A stretch of DNA of 64,000 nt from the human T2T-CHM13v2.0 reference genome, Homo sapiens: assembly GCF_009914755.1 (NCBI RefSeq), contig NC_060927.1; one strand, 5' to 3'. This document shows, piece after piece, positions 27,201-39,510 of the stretch (its first letter is position 1; each line of letters opens with the position of its first letter). The position numbers were made by a program, and so were the translations under genes. A model generated the notes under the pieces. The model was not told the origin of the DNA and did not search any database. It was given only the letters and a program-made list of their open reading frames with translations.

Positions 27201-27719
27201 TATGGGTCTAGAGAGGTCACATGCCCCACCGGGGGTCACATGGCCAACTCAGGAATAAAAGGCTCAGGAGGGGGAGATTCAGAGCCACCATCAGAGCCCT
27301 GCGGCAGCCTGGGTGCAGCAGAGGATGCTGTTGCTCTGGTGTCCGTGGGCCAGAGGATACCAAGGTCCAAAGTATGGTCCCCAGGCCTCAGATGCCCCAC
27401 TGAAATGACTGCGTTCCAAGCATTTCTGGGTAGCATCATTTGTCAGCAAGATGTGAGAGTGAAAGCCACTGGCTCTGGGGCTGAGCAAGCTCTGCCATCC
27501 CCAGGAGAAGGAGTGTGGCCCTGCACCCACTACCCACTCATGCGCTCATTCACCCATTCATTCATTCATTCAAAAAGCTTTCATGGAGAGCCAGGCTCCA
27601 GCTCGTGAAGGAAAGAACTCTCTTGGAGGACTCCCTTCATTAACTCAGAGGTTTTGCCTTTAATGTCTTCACGTTCCTTGTCAAGCCCCCCACTTTCCTT
27701 TCCCAATGCAGCCAGGTCT

Positions 27720-27990
27720 AATCTGGTTGAAGTAACATACGTTAACAAGGGTATTAATGTCCACTAAAGTGTTAGCTGAAAAAGAAGACATTAGCTGATA
27801 ACCAAAGCATTGAGAAGTATGATGTTTAGCTGAAGACAAAGATGGTAATTGCTAATTAAAGCATTAGCTAAAAAACAAGGAGTTAACCGATCACCAAGCG
27901 TTGAGCCCGTCGATCTGGGCTGAAAGTGAGGGCTGGCTGATGATTGAAGTTTGGTTGAAAAACTAAGCAGTTAACACATGGCTAACTGGT
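27720..27990. repeat. Decayed tandem array (about 18-19-nt monomer, about 92-bp higher-order period)
   Basis: Recurrent AAAG(C/T)(A/G)TTAGCTGA-like units; the 50 nt from 27765 align with those from 27857 at about 38/50 positions. Confidence 0.6.
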
Positions 27991-28074
27991 GATAGTTTTT
28001 AATATATTAATCCAAAAGTAAGATTTCTACAACTCAATAATCAAATGACTACCTAAAATTGAAAACAGGAATTA

Positions 28075-28366
28075 GTCTGGGCATGGTGGCTCATGCCTGC
28101 AATCCTAGTACTTCAGGAGGCCAAGGCAGGTGGATCATTTGACCCCGGGAGTTCAAGACCAACCTGGGCAACATGACAAAACCCCCTCTCTACAAAAAAT
28201 AACAAAAATTAGCTAGGTGTGTCGGTGCATGCTGGTAGTCCCACCTATTTGGGAGGGTGAGGTGGGAGGATCACTCCTGGGAGGTGGCGGCTGCAGTGAG
28301 CCAAGATCATGCCTCTGCACTCCAACCTGGGTACCACAGCAAGACCCTGTCTCAAAAAAAAGAAAA
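28075..28366 (+). mobile_element. AluJ
   Basis: Perfect TSD GAAAACAGGAATT at 28061-28073 and 28367-28379. Confidence 0.95.
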
Positions 28367-29636
28367 GAAAACAGGAATTCAAACAGATATATTTGCACTC
28401 ATGTTCATCACAGTACTATTCATAATAACCAAAAGGTGGAACCAACCCAAGTGTTCATTAACAGATGAATGGATAAAGACAATTGATCTCTGCACACAAT
28501 AGAATATTATTTAGCCTTAAAAAGGAAGGAAATTCTGACACATCATACAACATGGATAAACCTTCAGGCTATTATGTTCAGTGAAATAAGCCAGTCACAA
28601 AAGGACAAATACTGTATGGTTCAACTGGTATGAAGTTCCTTGATCCTGGTAGTCACATTCATAGAGACAGTCGGTAGAATGGCGGGGTGCCTGGGGCTGG
28701 GAGTTGAGGGGAGAGGAGAATGAGGAGTTAGTGTTTAATGGGGACAGGGGTTCAGTTTGGGAAGACAAAAAAGAGTTCTGGAGAAGGATGGTGGTGACAA
28801 CTGCACAACACATGAATGCACTTAATGTCACTGAATTGATTAAATTAAGATGGTAAATTGTATGTTATGTATCTTTTACCACAATTTTCTAAATGACAAC
28901 CCAATTAAAAATGGTTAAAAGAAATGTGACGACGAATAAACACATGGGAAGATGCTCAACTTCACCAGCCACCAGGGAAGTGCAAGTTAAACCACGAGAT
29001 GCCAGTGCACACCCTTTAGAATTAAAGTGAAAAGGACTGAACTATCAATGTCGGAGCAATCAGGACCTCAAACACGGCTGATGGGGGTGTGGGAATCACC
29101 CTGCAAGGCAGTTATGAAGCTAAACACCCACCTCCCATGCAATCTAGCAATTTTACACCTAGGTGGGGAAACCAACTAGAAATGAAAAGCAGGGCCATAA
29201 AAGACCTGTGCCCAGATGTGAGTGGAAGCTTTACCCATCATGAGCCTGACCTGGAACTGTCAGTGTGTCCCTTACCTGGTGAGTGAAGAAGCAGACAGTG
29301 GCATATCCATTTACAGGAACACCACTCAGCAATGAAACGGGAAGCAGCACAGATGCACACAGCAACGGTCACAGTCCTCAAGGTCATTCTGTGGAGGGAA
29401 AACACCAGCCATGAAACGAACACACGGCATGATCCCACTTACCTGACACTCCAGAGAAGACAAACTAAGCCTGCACGACAGGGGGCCACCAGGCATTTTC
29501 ACCTGGTGTGGGGGTGCGAGGTGGTGACTGTCTGCAGGGGCATGAGGGCACTACCTTGGGGCGATGATCTGCTCTGCATCTTGGCTGTCGCGTATGCATT
29601 TGTAAAAACTCCTCAGATTGTAAACTTAAAGAGGGG

Positions 29637-30025
29637 TGCTAGGGGCTGAACTGTGCCTCCCGCCCCCTACCCCAATTCCTATGCTAAAGCCCTAACCCCA
29701 GCACTTCAGAATAAGACTGTATTTTGCAGACAGGGTCTTTAAAGGGTCGACTAAGTTGAAACAAAGTCATTAGGGTGGGCCCTAATCGACTGGCATCTTT
29801 ATAAGAGAAAATGACACAGACAGGCACAGAGGGAAGATGGATGTGAAGATGCAGGGAGAAGGCTACTGTTTGCAAGCCAAGGAGAGAGGCTCAGAAGAAA
29901 TCAGCCCTGCCGAAACCTCGATCTGGGACTTCCAGCCTCCAGAACTGAGAAAATAAACTCCTGTTGTGGAAGTCCCCAGCCCAGCCTGTGATATTTTGTA
30001 ATGGCAGCCCTACCAACCTAACACA
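29637..30025 (+). mobile_element. MLT1B-like MaLR solo LTR, near full length
   Basis: TG...CA ends; AGGGTGGGCCCTAATC, AAGCCAAGGAGAGAGGC, GACTTCCAGCCTCCAGAACTG, ATGGCAGCCCTA; about 390 bp. Confidence 0.9.
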
Positions 30026-30077
30026 GGGTAATCTTCCTACATATAAATTCTCCCTCTGTAAAATACAATTAAATGAA

Positions 30078-30366
30078 TTTTTTTTTTGAGACGGAGTCTC
30101 ACTCTGTCGCTAGGCTGGAGTGCATTGGCGCGATCTCAGCTCACTGCAACCTCCCTTCCAGGGTTCAAGTGATTCTCCTGCCTCAGCCTCCCGAGTAGCT
30201 GGGATTACAGGTGCCCACCACCATGCCTGGCTAATTTTTTATATCTTTAGTAGAGACGGGTTTTCACCATGTTGGCCAGGCTGGTCTCGAACTCCTGGCC
30301 TTGTGATCCGTCTGCCTCAAGCTCCCAAAGTGCTGGAATTACAGGCGTGAGCCACTGTGTCCGGCC
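30078..30366 (-). mobile_element. AluS (Sg/Sc-like)
   Basis: Antisense full Alu. Confidence 0.95.
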
Positions 30367-31844
30367 AAAGGAGTATTGTTTTAAAGCGAGCAAGCGTAGG
30401 TTATAAGTGGATTGTACATGACTCTTCAGGGCTTCAATACCCAGCACTCTGCTATGTTCTCAGCAAGCCCTCCATAAAGCCTCAAATGCTAGTGAAAGTC
30501 GTGGCCACTACCTAATGCATTAACTGGTCACTGAGGTGCTCCCCACTCTTCCCAGCAGATTCTAGAGGTTTTTAAAAGCTCCTGCAGTTTAAAGCTATTC
30601 ACACTACTGCCCTACCACCATTCCCTGAATACTGACTACGTACCAGGTGGAGTGCGCCATGGTGGTGGGATGGCAGGCCCATGAGGGGGTTACTTTCATC
30701 CTCATCTCACAGGTCGGCTTTCTGAGGCTTGGAGTGGGGCATGACTTGCCCAAAGTCACTCAGGGAGCTGGTGGCCATTTCGATGTCCAGATGAAAGGCT
30801 TTATTCCCACAGAGGTGACTCACGTTTCCACAGACTCCCATTCCTCAGGTGATGGCTCAGTCCTCCCAGGGGAGGTTTCTGCACAGCTTGTCTTTGTCCA
30901 TTTGGACAGGCAGGCATTCCCTAAAGAGCTGTGGGGTTTCTTCTCTCCTGCCGGGAGGCTCTGGGCAGACACTGACCTCAAGGAGGCCGGGGTATTAGAA
31001 TCTCCAGAGAAAATTTCCACAGGGCTGAAGGCGTTGGGGAGGCGGGCTGCACCATCATGGTGTAGCAGGTGTGGAGGCCTGGGTAGTTACTGGAGGCCCA
31101 GGAGGTGTGTCCTCAGTGATGGGAGGTAGTGGGGAGGGTCACATCCCCATGACCCACAGGGCTAGGGCTGTGGCTGTGGAGGTGGCTGCAGTGATGTGTT
31201 CAGGGCGGCCACACACCCTGTTTGTGGCCCAGAGCATGTCACTCTGCTTATTCCATTTCATGTCTTCTGGGCAGCCAGCTCTGACCCCGCAGGGTCGAGG
31301 ACCCATCTGGCCCCCACAGCCCACAGAGCTACTCACACCTCCTGCTCTCTGCTTGAGCCTTCCTCCTCCACCAAACTGTGAGCTCTGTGCGGCAGAGCCG
31401 GTATCTGCCTTCTCTTTGAGACCCCGACACCCGGCCCAGGTGGGAGCTGGACAGTGAGGCAGGGCAAACACAGCTGCTACAGCCCAACCTGGCTCCACTC
31501 CCAGCTCACCCACCTACCAGCTGCGCAACCCCGGGCAAATCAGCACATCTCCTACAGCGGCAGTTTTCACCTCTGTCAAATGGGGCCACCGAGGACTGTC
31601 TTGCCTCCCTAATTGCAGAGGAAATCAGATAGTTCGCACTCCCTGGGCTGGGCCCTGGGATTCCCTTCCCTCTGGATCCTACTGTAGATGGAGTAGGTGG
31701 ATGAGGAAAAGATAATTATAGGGCCAGGCCTGGGGGAGGATGCTTGCCTGGAGAGAACCAGAGACAGCTTCAGAGAGGAGATTCCTTAAACGGGGCTTTG
31801 AAGAGGGCAGGGGTCGTCATACCAAGAATCACCACTGTGATGGT

Positions 31845-32005
31845 GATGGCTGGCATCTCTGGAGGACCTACTGCGTGCTAGACACTGTTTTAAATGTTTG
31901 TGTGTTAACTTGTTTAATCCTCAGAATAACTTAAACTCATGTGATCCCCATTTTACAGAGGAGGAGGCTGAGACACAGAGAAGCTTGTGACTTGCCCGAG
32001 TAGGA
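31845..32005 (-). mobile_element. MIR SINE
   Basis: TTTAATCCTCAGAATAAC...CCCCATTTTACAGAGGAGGAGGCTGAGACACAGAGA. Confidence 0.75.
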
Positions 32006-32099
32006 GATCGCCCAGCAGGGCATAACAAGCGAAGGGGAAAGCTTGGGCGATGGTGCAGAGGCAGGAAACAGCCTGGCGCTCAGGGGAATTGGTCGTAGG

Positions 32100-32489
32100 T
32101 TGGTACAGCCATGAGTGCCCAGGAGCCACACCCCTCTTGTGTAATCCTCTCCTACATTGGCCGCCGGCTTGGTCACATGACCCGCTTTAGCCAATGGGAC
32201 AGCAGCAAATGCAATGTAAGCAGCGGCTTGGGAAGCGGTTGCACATGTGGCTTGCTCTGGGAAGGCTGCATCCAATGGAGGAGCCCAGGCTAGCCTGCTG
32301 GAGATGTACGGCTCAGCCAACGGCAGCTACCCCAGGCCAGGCAAGGCCAACTTAGACCATGCTGCACCAAGGTGTCTTCAGCTGCCTGGGTGAGCCTAAA
32401 TGAAACCAGCAGAATTGCCCAGCCTAACCTGGACCAGATGACAAAGCTAATTTAGTGTGGTTTGAGTGCATTAATAGATCATTGAGACA
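32100..32489 (+). mobile_element. MLT1H/G-like MaLR LTR
   Basis: GGTCACATGACCCGCTTTAGCCAATGGGAC, AGCCCAGGCTAGCCTGCTGGA, AGAATTGCCCAGC. Confidence 0.7.
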
Positions 32490-32814
32490 AACTTTCAAGT
32501 GTCCAGTATCTGAAGAGAACAAGATGACCAATGCTGTGCAGATGTGACAGAGCAGATAACTGTACCTGCAGTGTCCTGTCCTTGGAAGCACTGTGGGAAG
32601 ACAAGGCTTAAAGGAAAACTTCTGGTGCTCTGGGTTCCTGACATCGGCAGCCCCAAGAGAGGGGTTCTCAGTTCACACTCCCCTCTGCATTCTGAATCCC
32701 AAAGAGGATCCTTAACTCCCACCTCACTGCCTGCTTCCAAAGCACCCAGCTAGCTTCAAAGGCCATCACCCTCCATCCAGTACCTGGCATGAAGCCAGCA
32801 CATAGGAGCTGCTT

Positions 32815-32993
32815 TATTTTATTTTACGTTACTTTATTTTATTTTTGAGATGGAGTCTCGTTCAGCTGCCCAGGCTGGAGTGCAGTGGCGTGATCTTGGC
32901 TCACTGCAATCACCGTCTCCAGGTTCCCTGATTCTCCCATCTCAGCATCCCGAGTAGCTGGGACCACAGGCACCCACCATCATGCCCGGCTAA

Positions 32994-33048
<55 letters not shown>

Positions 33049-33151
33049 TTTTAAGTAGAGACGGGGTTTCACCATGTTGGCCAGGCTGGTCTTGAACGCG
33101 TGACCTCAGATGATTCGCCCGCCTCGGCCTCCCAAAGTGCTAGGATTACAG
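32815..33151 (-). mobile_element. AluS, 5'-truncated, with (GT)25 in the middle linker
   Basis: Perfect TSD AGGAGCTGCTTTAT at 32804-32817 and 33152-33165; Alu stops at GGATTACAG. Confidence 0.95.
32997..33046. repeat. (GT)25 microsatellite
   Basis: Read directly. Confidence 0.97.
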
Positions 33152-34398
33152 AGGAGCTGCTTTATAAACAGTTTTTAAATGATGGGGAATGCATGCAGCC
33201 TCGCATATACACCAGGTACTCTGAACCACTGCAGAAACACTAAATACAAAATCAAAGCTGCCTGTCATATAGCTGGACAGGTGTGTCCACTGCTCCCACA
33301 CCCCCAGAATGGATGGACTGTTCATTTCCTCCTTAGACTCAATTGCTCTTCCCTCCTCCAGTCCCCTGCCCAGGTTAGACAGCATCTGAATCCCCCACTT
33401 AGAATGAATGGAGTATCTGCCTCCCCCCTGAGACTGGATGGAATGTCCACCTTCTCCCTTAGACTGGGTAAGGTTAACCCACCTCTCCTTTTGGCCTGGG
33501 ATCTCCTTAAAGGCAGAGGCCTGCCTAATCCATCCTGTGGCCCCAACACAGGATTTGGCCCTGAGGTCCTGCAGGGTAGAGCCCTGTGTTTCCCAGCAGG
33601 GCCCCCGCCTGGGTTAATCCTCCACTTCCTGATCTTCTAGTGGCCTTTCTCATGCCTGGAGTCTGTGTGGGATGGTCAGAAAGATGGATTGACACACAGC
33701 CCACTTTCATTTTTACTAGTTTTCCTCTTCCTAGTTCATCCCCTCCTCCCCAGCATATTTTTTGCCTGCATTTCACAGACTATGAAACCAAGTCTCAGGA
33801 TGCATAATGTGGTCAAGTTCATGACAGGGAGTAGACGGTGAAGCCGGGACTTGAACCCAGGTCTGTCTGGTTGCAGCCCCAGCATTCCTGAGAGCCACAC
33901 CCACTGCTACAATGCTGGAGGGGCTTGGGCCCCTGTGCTGTTTGCTGGGGTCCCAGGTGAGCATCATGCTTTAGTTTTGAAATTCTGCCCTGGAGAGGGG
34001 CCCTCTGGGAAGGGAAGGCTCTGCGGCTAGACAGGGTCTCTGACGGCCACCCGAGAAGGGCTGGAGAAAATGGCTCCCAGCCCACAGGGACTCGCTGGCC
34101 TTGCAAAGAGCACTGGACAGGGAGCCATAGACACCCAAAGCCAGTCTTGGCTCCACAGCTGGCCAGCCACTTTGCCTCAATTTCCTTATCCATGGGCACA
34201 ATAACAGCCACCGAGAGCGTGGTGCCAAGTGCCCTGTAAACATGAATTCCCCTGGCTCACAGGTCCCCCAGCCCACCTTGGTATCTCCTTCTTCCCCTCT
34301 CGCATCTGCTCACCCCATTTCTGGATCAAATGCCTGCCACAAATTTCTTGCTCCTTTGTTTTAACCAAGGCAAGTTGATCACAGAACTGAATGCCTGA

Positions 34399-34686
<288 letters not shown>

Positions 34687-35244
34687 CTAGACTTGTAGCA
34701 CAAACAAGCCCCCCAGCCAGGATGCCTCTGAGTGACATGTGAGGTGGGGTCTGAGAGCAGAGACGTGCAGCCAGGTCCCATCTAGCTTCACTTGGACTGC
34801 CAGGGCTCCAGGAGTTGGAGGGCAGCCCGGGGCTCAGGGCTACCAAGCTCTGCCTGTGAGTCTCAGCTCCACCTTTTAGTCACTATGTGACCTTTGGAAG
34901 GTCACATTGCCACTCCCTACCTCAGTTTCCCCATCTGTGAAATAGATGCCTGCCGGTCTGATTACCCTCTTGTTTGCCCATCAGATGTTCTGCAGAGGTC
35001 AGGGCACCAGCACATCGTGAGGCACACAGCGACTGGTATTCTTCCATCATCAGTGGGCACCGTGGGGGAAATTCACTGCCATGGACTGAAAGGACCCCCA
35101 GTCTGCACGACCCCTGGACACCCACGAGGGCTATGAGTAAAGTAAAAATTTTGGAGAGAGCCTTTTATTGGCTCCCAAGAGCCTTCCCAGGGCCACACAT
35201 GAAATAGGCCCTTAATCAGTAAGTGTTTCAGCCCTGGGAATTCA

Positions 35245-35681
<437 letters not shown>

Positions 35682-36654
35682 TAGATTAAAAAATATCAAA
35701 AGGCTTCTGCCCTTGAAAGAAAGTGGGGCCCCAAATCCTGTCTGGTCCTTCTCCTGACTCCAGCCACCCTGGACACTGCCATGAAACACTGTGTACACCC
35801 CTGCTCAAGCCCAGTAGTGATCACACCTGCCTGTAGCTATAGTGCACCTGCTGTATACCTGGCACTGCCTGAGCCTGTTGTCACCATCCCCTCCACTTCT
35901 CAATCATAGTCCTAAAATTGAGATCTTATCATCCCATTTTCCAGGTGGGAAGACTAAGGCTAAGAGAGACTAAGTAAGTTAGCTGAGGTCATCCAGCATG
36001 TGTGGGGTGGGTCAAGATTCACACTGAAACCTATCAGCGCCTCAAAGACTGTGTTCCTTCTACTGCCCTACTTGAGGCATGGGAAAACTGTGACCTAGAG
36101 CAGGGGAGGGTTGGTGACCTTCTGAGGCCATACTCTTACCTGCTGAACCTGGGTCAAGGCCAGTGTGGCCTTGATGACTTCTGGGCTGGTCAGCTCTTGT
36201 CCAACCCTGGCTGTGAGTGCTGGGGGGAGAATGCACTGGGCTAGGTTTATAACCGCCCTGGACTCTGTTCTGTCACAGATTGACTTCCGGGGCAGCTCAG
36301 CCCACAGCTAAGTTCAGGGGCTCTGGGGACTGAGTGTTGCCATCACCTTTTCCTCTGAAATCCAGCTACAGGGCATCCAGGGGTGGCTGGAACAGACGGA
36401 CCATCGAGTCTAACCCCACAATTTACAGATGGGGAAACTGAGGCCCAGCCATCCAGACAGCAGTCGTTGGCCTTCCACTGGGCAATCACTGTTGCCAAGT
36501 GTAGCATTAATGACTGCATCCTCCCAACAACCCCAGCAGTCCAGGAAGGGACACTTATTAAGCTCCAACTGTATGCCTCATATTGCATTAAGTGTATTCT
36601 TAACTGTTATCTCCTTCACACTGCACAACTGCCCATCTAGTAAAAGGAGAAACT

Positions 36655-37018
<364 letters not shown>

Positions 37019-37604
37019 TTAGTGCCATAGGAATCCACAGTGTAGGTGTGGTGGTGTAAGGGAGGAGAGGGAGGAAGGTAATTTATAACTCTGGAGACGC
37101 TGACTGAGAAGTCTTCCACCCCCCACTAAACAGAATGTGGGTTCCATAGCATATAATACATGCTTACTGAATGCACAGTGGAATGGACGAACACTAGGCT
37201 CATTGGTGGTGCTCAGTGCTTGGTGCTCAGTGTTTGCTGAATGAATGAATGACTCTCAATAGGGCATATTAAAAAACTTCCAGCTACTGTCCTTAGTAGA
37301 GCAGTCTGCTGCTCTTTCCCCCAATACCATATTTCCTCTTCTCCACTTTTCTATTTCTCTGGTGGGCTACTTGTCCAGCTCAGCTTCTCATGTTTGGAAG
37401 TAACTGTCTCTGCTTCTCTCTGACTCCTACCCCTCAAGGCTAAGCTGTTCCATGATCCATTCCTTCAAGAGCATCTCTTTCTTGACCAAGGAATGAGCAC
37501 TAACAGGCTGACTTGGTTCTTCTTCAGGAGACAGGCTTATACTTTGAAAAGGGAGGCCTTGTGAAAATAGAATCTGAGAACTTGGTGTGTGGTCTGGCAG
37601 CATC

Positions 37605-38240
37605 CGGGACCAGGGCTCAGCTTGGGACTGGAGTTAGAGCTTAGTCTATGACCACAGTCAGGGCTGTCTGGAGTCAGGATCAGGGATTCAGTTAGGGCTC
37701 AGGACTCAGTCTATAACTTGGGTTAGGATTCAGCCTGGGTTAAGTTAATTAATTTATTTATTTATTATTTATTTATTTTTGAGATGGGGTCTCGCTCTGT
37801 CACCAAGGCTGGAGTGCAGTGGTGCGGTCTTGGCTTACTGCAACCTCCGCCTCCTGGGTTCAAGCAAACCAATCCTCCCACCTCAGCCTCCCGAGTAGCT
37901 GGGACTACAGGTGCACACCACCATACCTGGCTAATTTTGTGTATGTTTAGTAGAGACGGTGTTTCACCATGTTGGACAGGCTGGTCTCAAACTCCTGACT
38001 TCAGGTGATCTGTCCACCTCAGCCTCCCAAAGTACTGGGATTACAGGCGTGAGCCACCATGCCCGGCCAAGCCTTGGTTAATGTTTGAGCTCAGACAGGG
38101 GCCAGGTTTGCATTCATCCCATGAGCTAGGATGGTGGATTAGTCTATGGTTAGGGTCAGGGCTCTAGGACCACGATCAGGCCTAAGTCTGTGGCCAGGAC
38201 TAGGGTGCGGTGTGTGACCAGGATCAAGCCTCAGCCTAAT
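37605..38240. repeat. Decayed ~24-bp hexamer-based array split by an AluS
   Basis: Recurrent (T/C)AGGGCTCAGTCT(A/G)TGACCAGG(G/A)T-like units on both sides of the Alu. Confidence 0.55.
37745..38068 (-). mobile_element. AluS
   Basis: Antisense full Alu; TSD AGCCT(G/T)GGTTAA. Confidence 0.95.
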
Positions 38241-38274
38241 CAGAGCTTCCAGAACTACTAAGCTCCCTCCCAAA

Positions 38275-38760
38275 AGTTGATTCCCTGGAATCAACTAGAT
38301 TTTCCTCTATTCCTTAAGACGTAGCTTCTTTCTAGAGAGTGCCCTCCTAGTGCTGCTCACACGGCCCTTGCAGCCCTGCAGGAGAGCTGCCTCAGCGCCT
38401 CCGCCGAGACCCTGCCTCCCGCCTCCCTGCCTCCTGGCTCCAGGGTTATTAAAGGAGGAATCTGTGGGAAGAAGAGAGTAAACAAAATCCATCACGCGGG
38501 GCTGGGGCTGGCGCCCGTTCCTCCTGCGGCTCCGCAAGCTGACTCGGAAACCAACAGCGCTGAGCGGACAATGTTGACAGGAGACTTAATGAAATCCAGA
38601 GGGAGGCGCCCTGGCAGGGCCTACCTGGAAGGAGGCCCGAGCTGATAATTACATTAATTCTGGTCTATGTCCCAACAAGCGCAGAAGCAAGGGCTGGGTC
38701 CAGGGCCCGTTCACCCAGGGCTCCAGGAGTCTGTCATAATTACGGGGAAAAATAAGTTTC
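38275..38760. promoter_or_regulatory. Candidate enhancer (non-repetitive, CpG- and motif-dense)
   Basis: About 15 CpGs in 38395-38640 outside any Alu; GTAAACAA (FOX), ACAATG (SOX), TGACAG (MEIS), CTGATAA (GATA), TAATTA twice and TTAATGA (homeodomain). Confidence 0.45.
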
Positions 38761-39349
38761 GGAACTTACATAACCTCACTGCTTGGGCCCTGAGGGTTAG
38801 ACCCACTTTGCTTTGCTTTTCCAGGAAATGCACATATGGCAAAGCTACACTTGTGTGCCAGGATCACCTCTGTGGGTCACAGAATGTGTGAGAGCACTGG
38901 GCAGGAGCTTGGTTCTTGTCCGCATTTCTCAGATGAGCCAAACTGAGGCTCGGGAGCAAAATGGTCTCATTCAGAGTCCTGCAACCAAAAGGCACAGGGC
39001 TAGCATCAAGCTCCGTATTCCAGTTTTCCCTCCTCGAAACCACTCCAGCATGGAGACTGTGGGTGACCGGGAGCGGGGAGATGCATTCTGCCCAAGAAAG
39101 GAAAGGAAGAGAATGGTGCCCTTCTCAAATGGTGCATTGGAGGGGGCCAGGCTAAGAAGAAGGAAGAGCCGGCCAGGCAGAGAACACAGCAGATAGAAAG
39201 GCACAGTGGCTGGGAAGGATACAGCGTGATGGGAGGAAGGGGTCATCCCATAGGGCTGAGTGCTAGTTCAAGGGCAGAACTGGGGTAAGGAAGTTGAGGC
39301 AGGGGCATGAGGAGCATCATATGTTGGAGCCACAGAAAAGTCTCCCACA

Positions 39350-39510
39350 GCTCCTCTTATTTGAGCCTCACGAACTAGATGCTTTCATTGTTCCCATCTT
39401 ACAGATAAGTAAACTGAGGCTTAGGAAATTTGAGTCTCTTGCCCAGAGCAACGCAGCCCAAAAGTAGTACTGCTGGGATTAGAACCATGTCTGTTGGGCT
39501 TAAACTGCTC
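39350..39510 (-). mobile_element. MIR SINE
   Basis: CCCATCTTACAGATAAGTAAACTGAGGCTTAG...GGGATTAGAACC. Confidence 0.75.

Larger units (their letters stand above)
28020..30062 (+). mobile_element. Old L1ME interrupted by an L1MB 3' end (28054-28890, itself containing AluJ) and by MLT1B
   Basis: L1 motifs throughout; AAATGACTACC (28043-28053) / AAATGACAACC (28891-28901) flank the L1MB block as a TSD. Confidence 0.8.
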
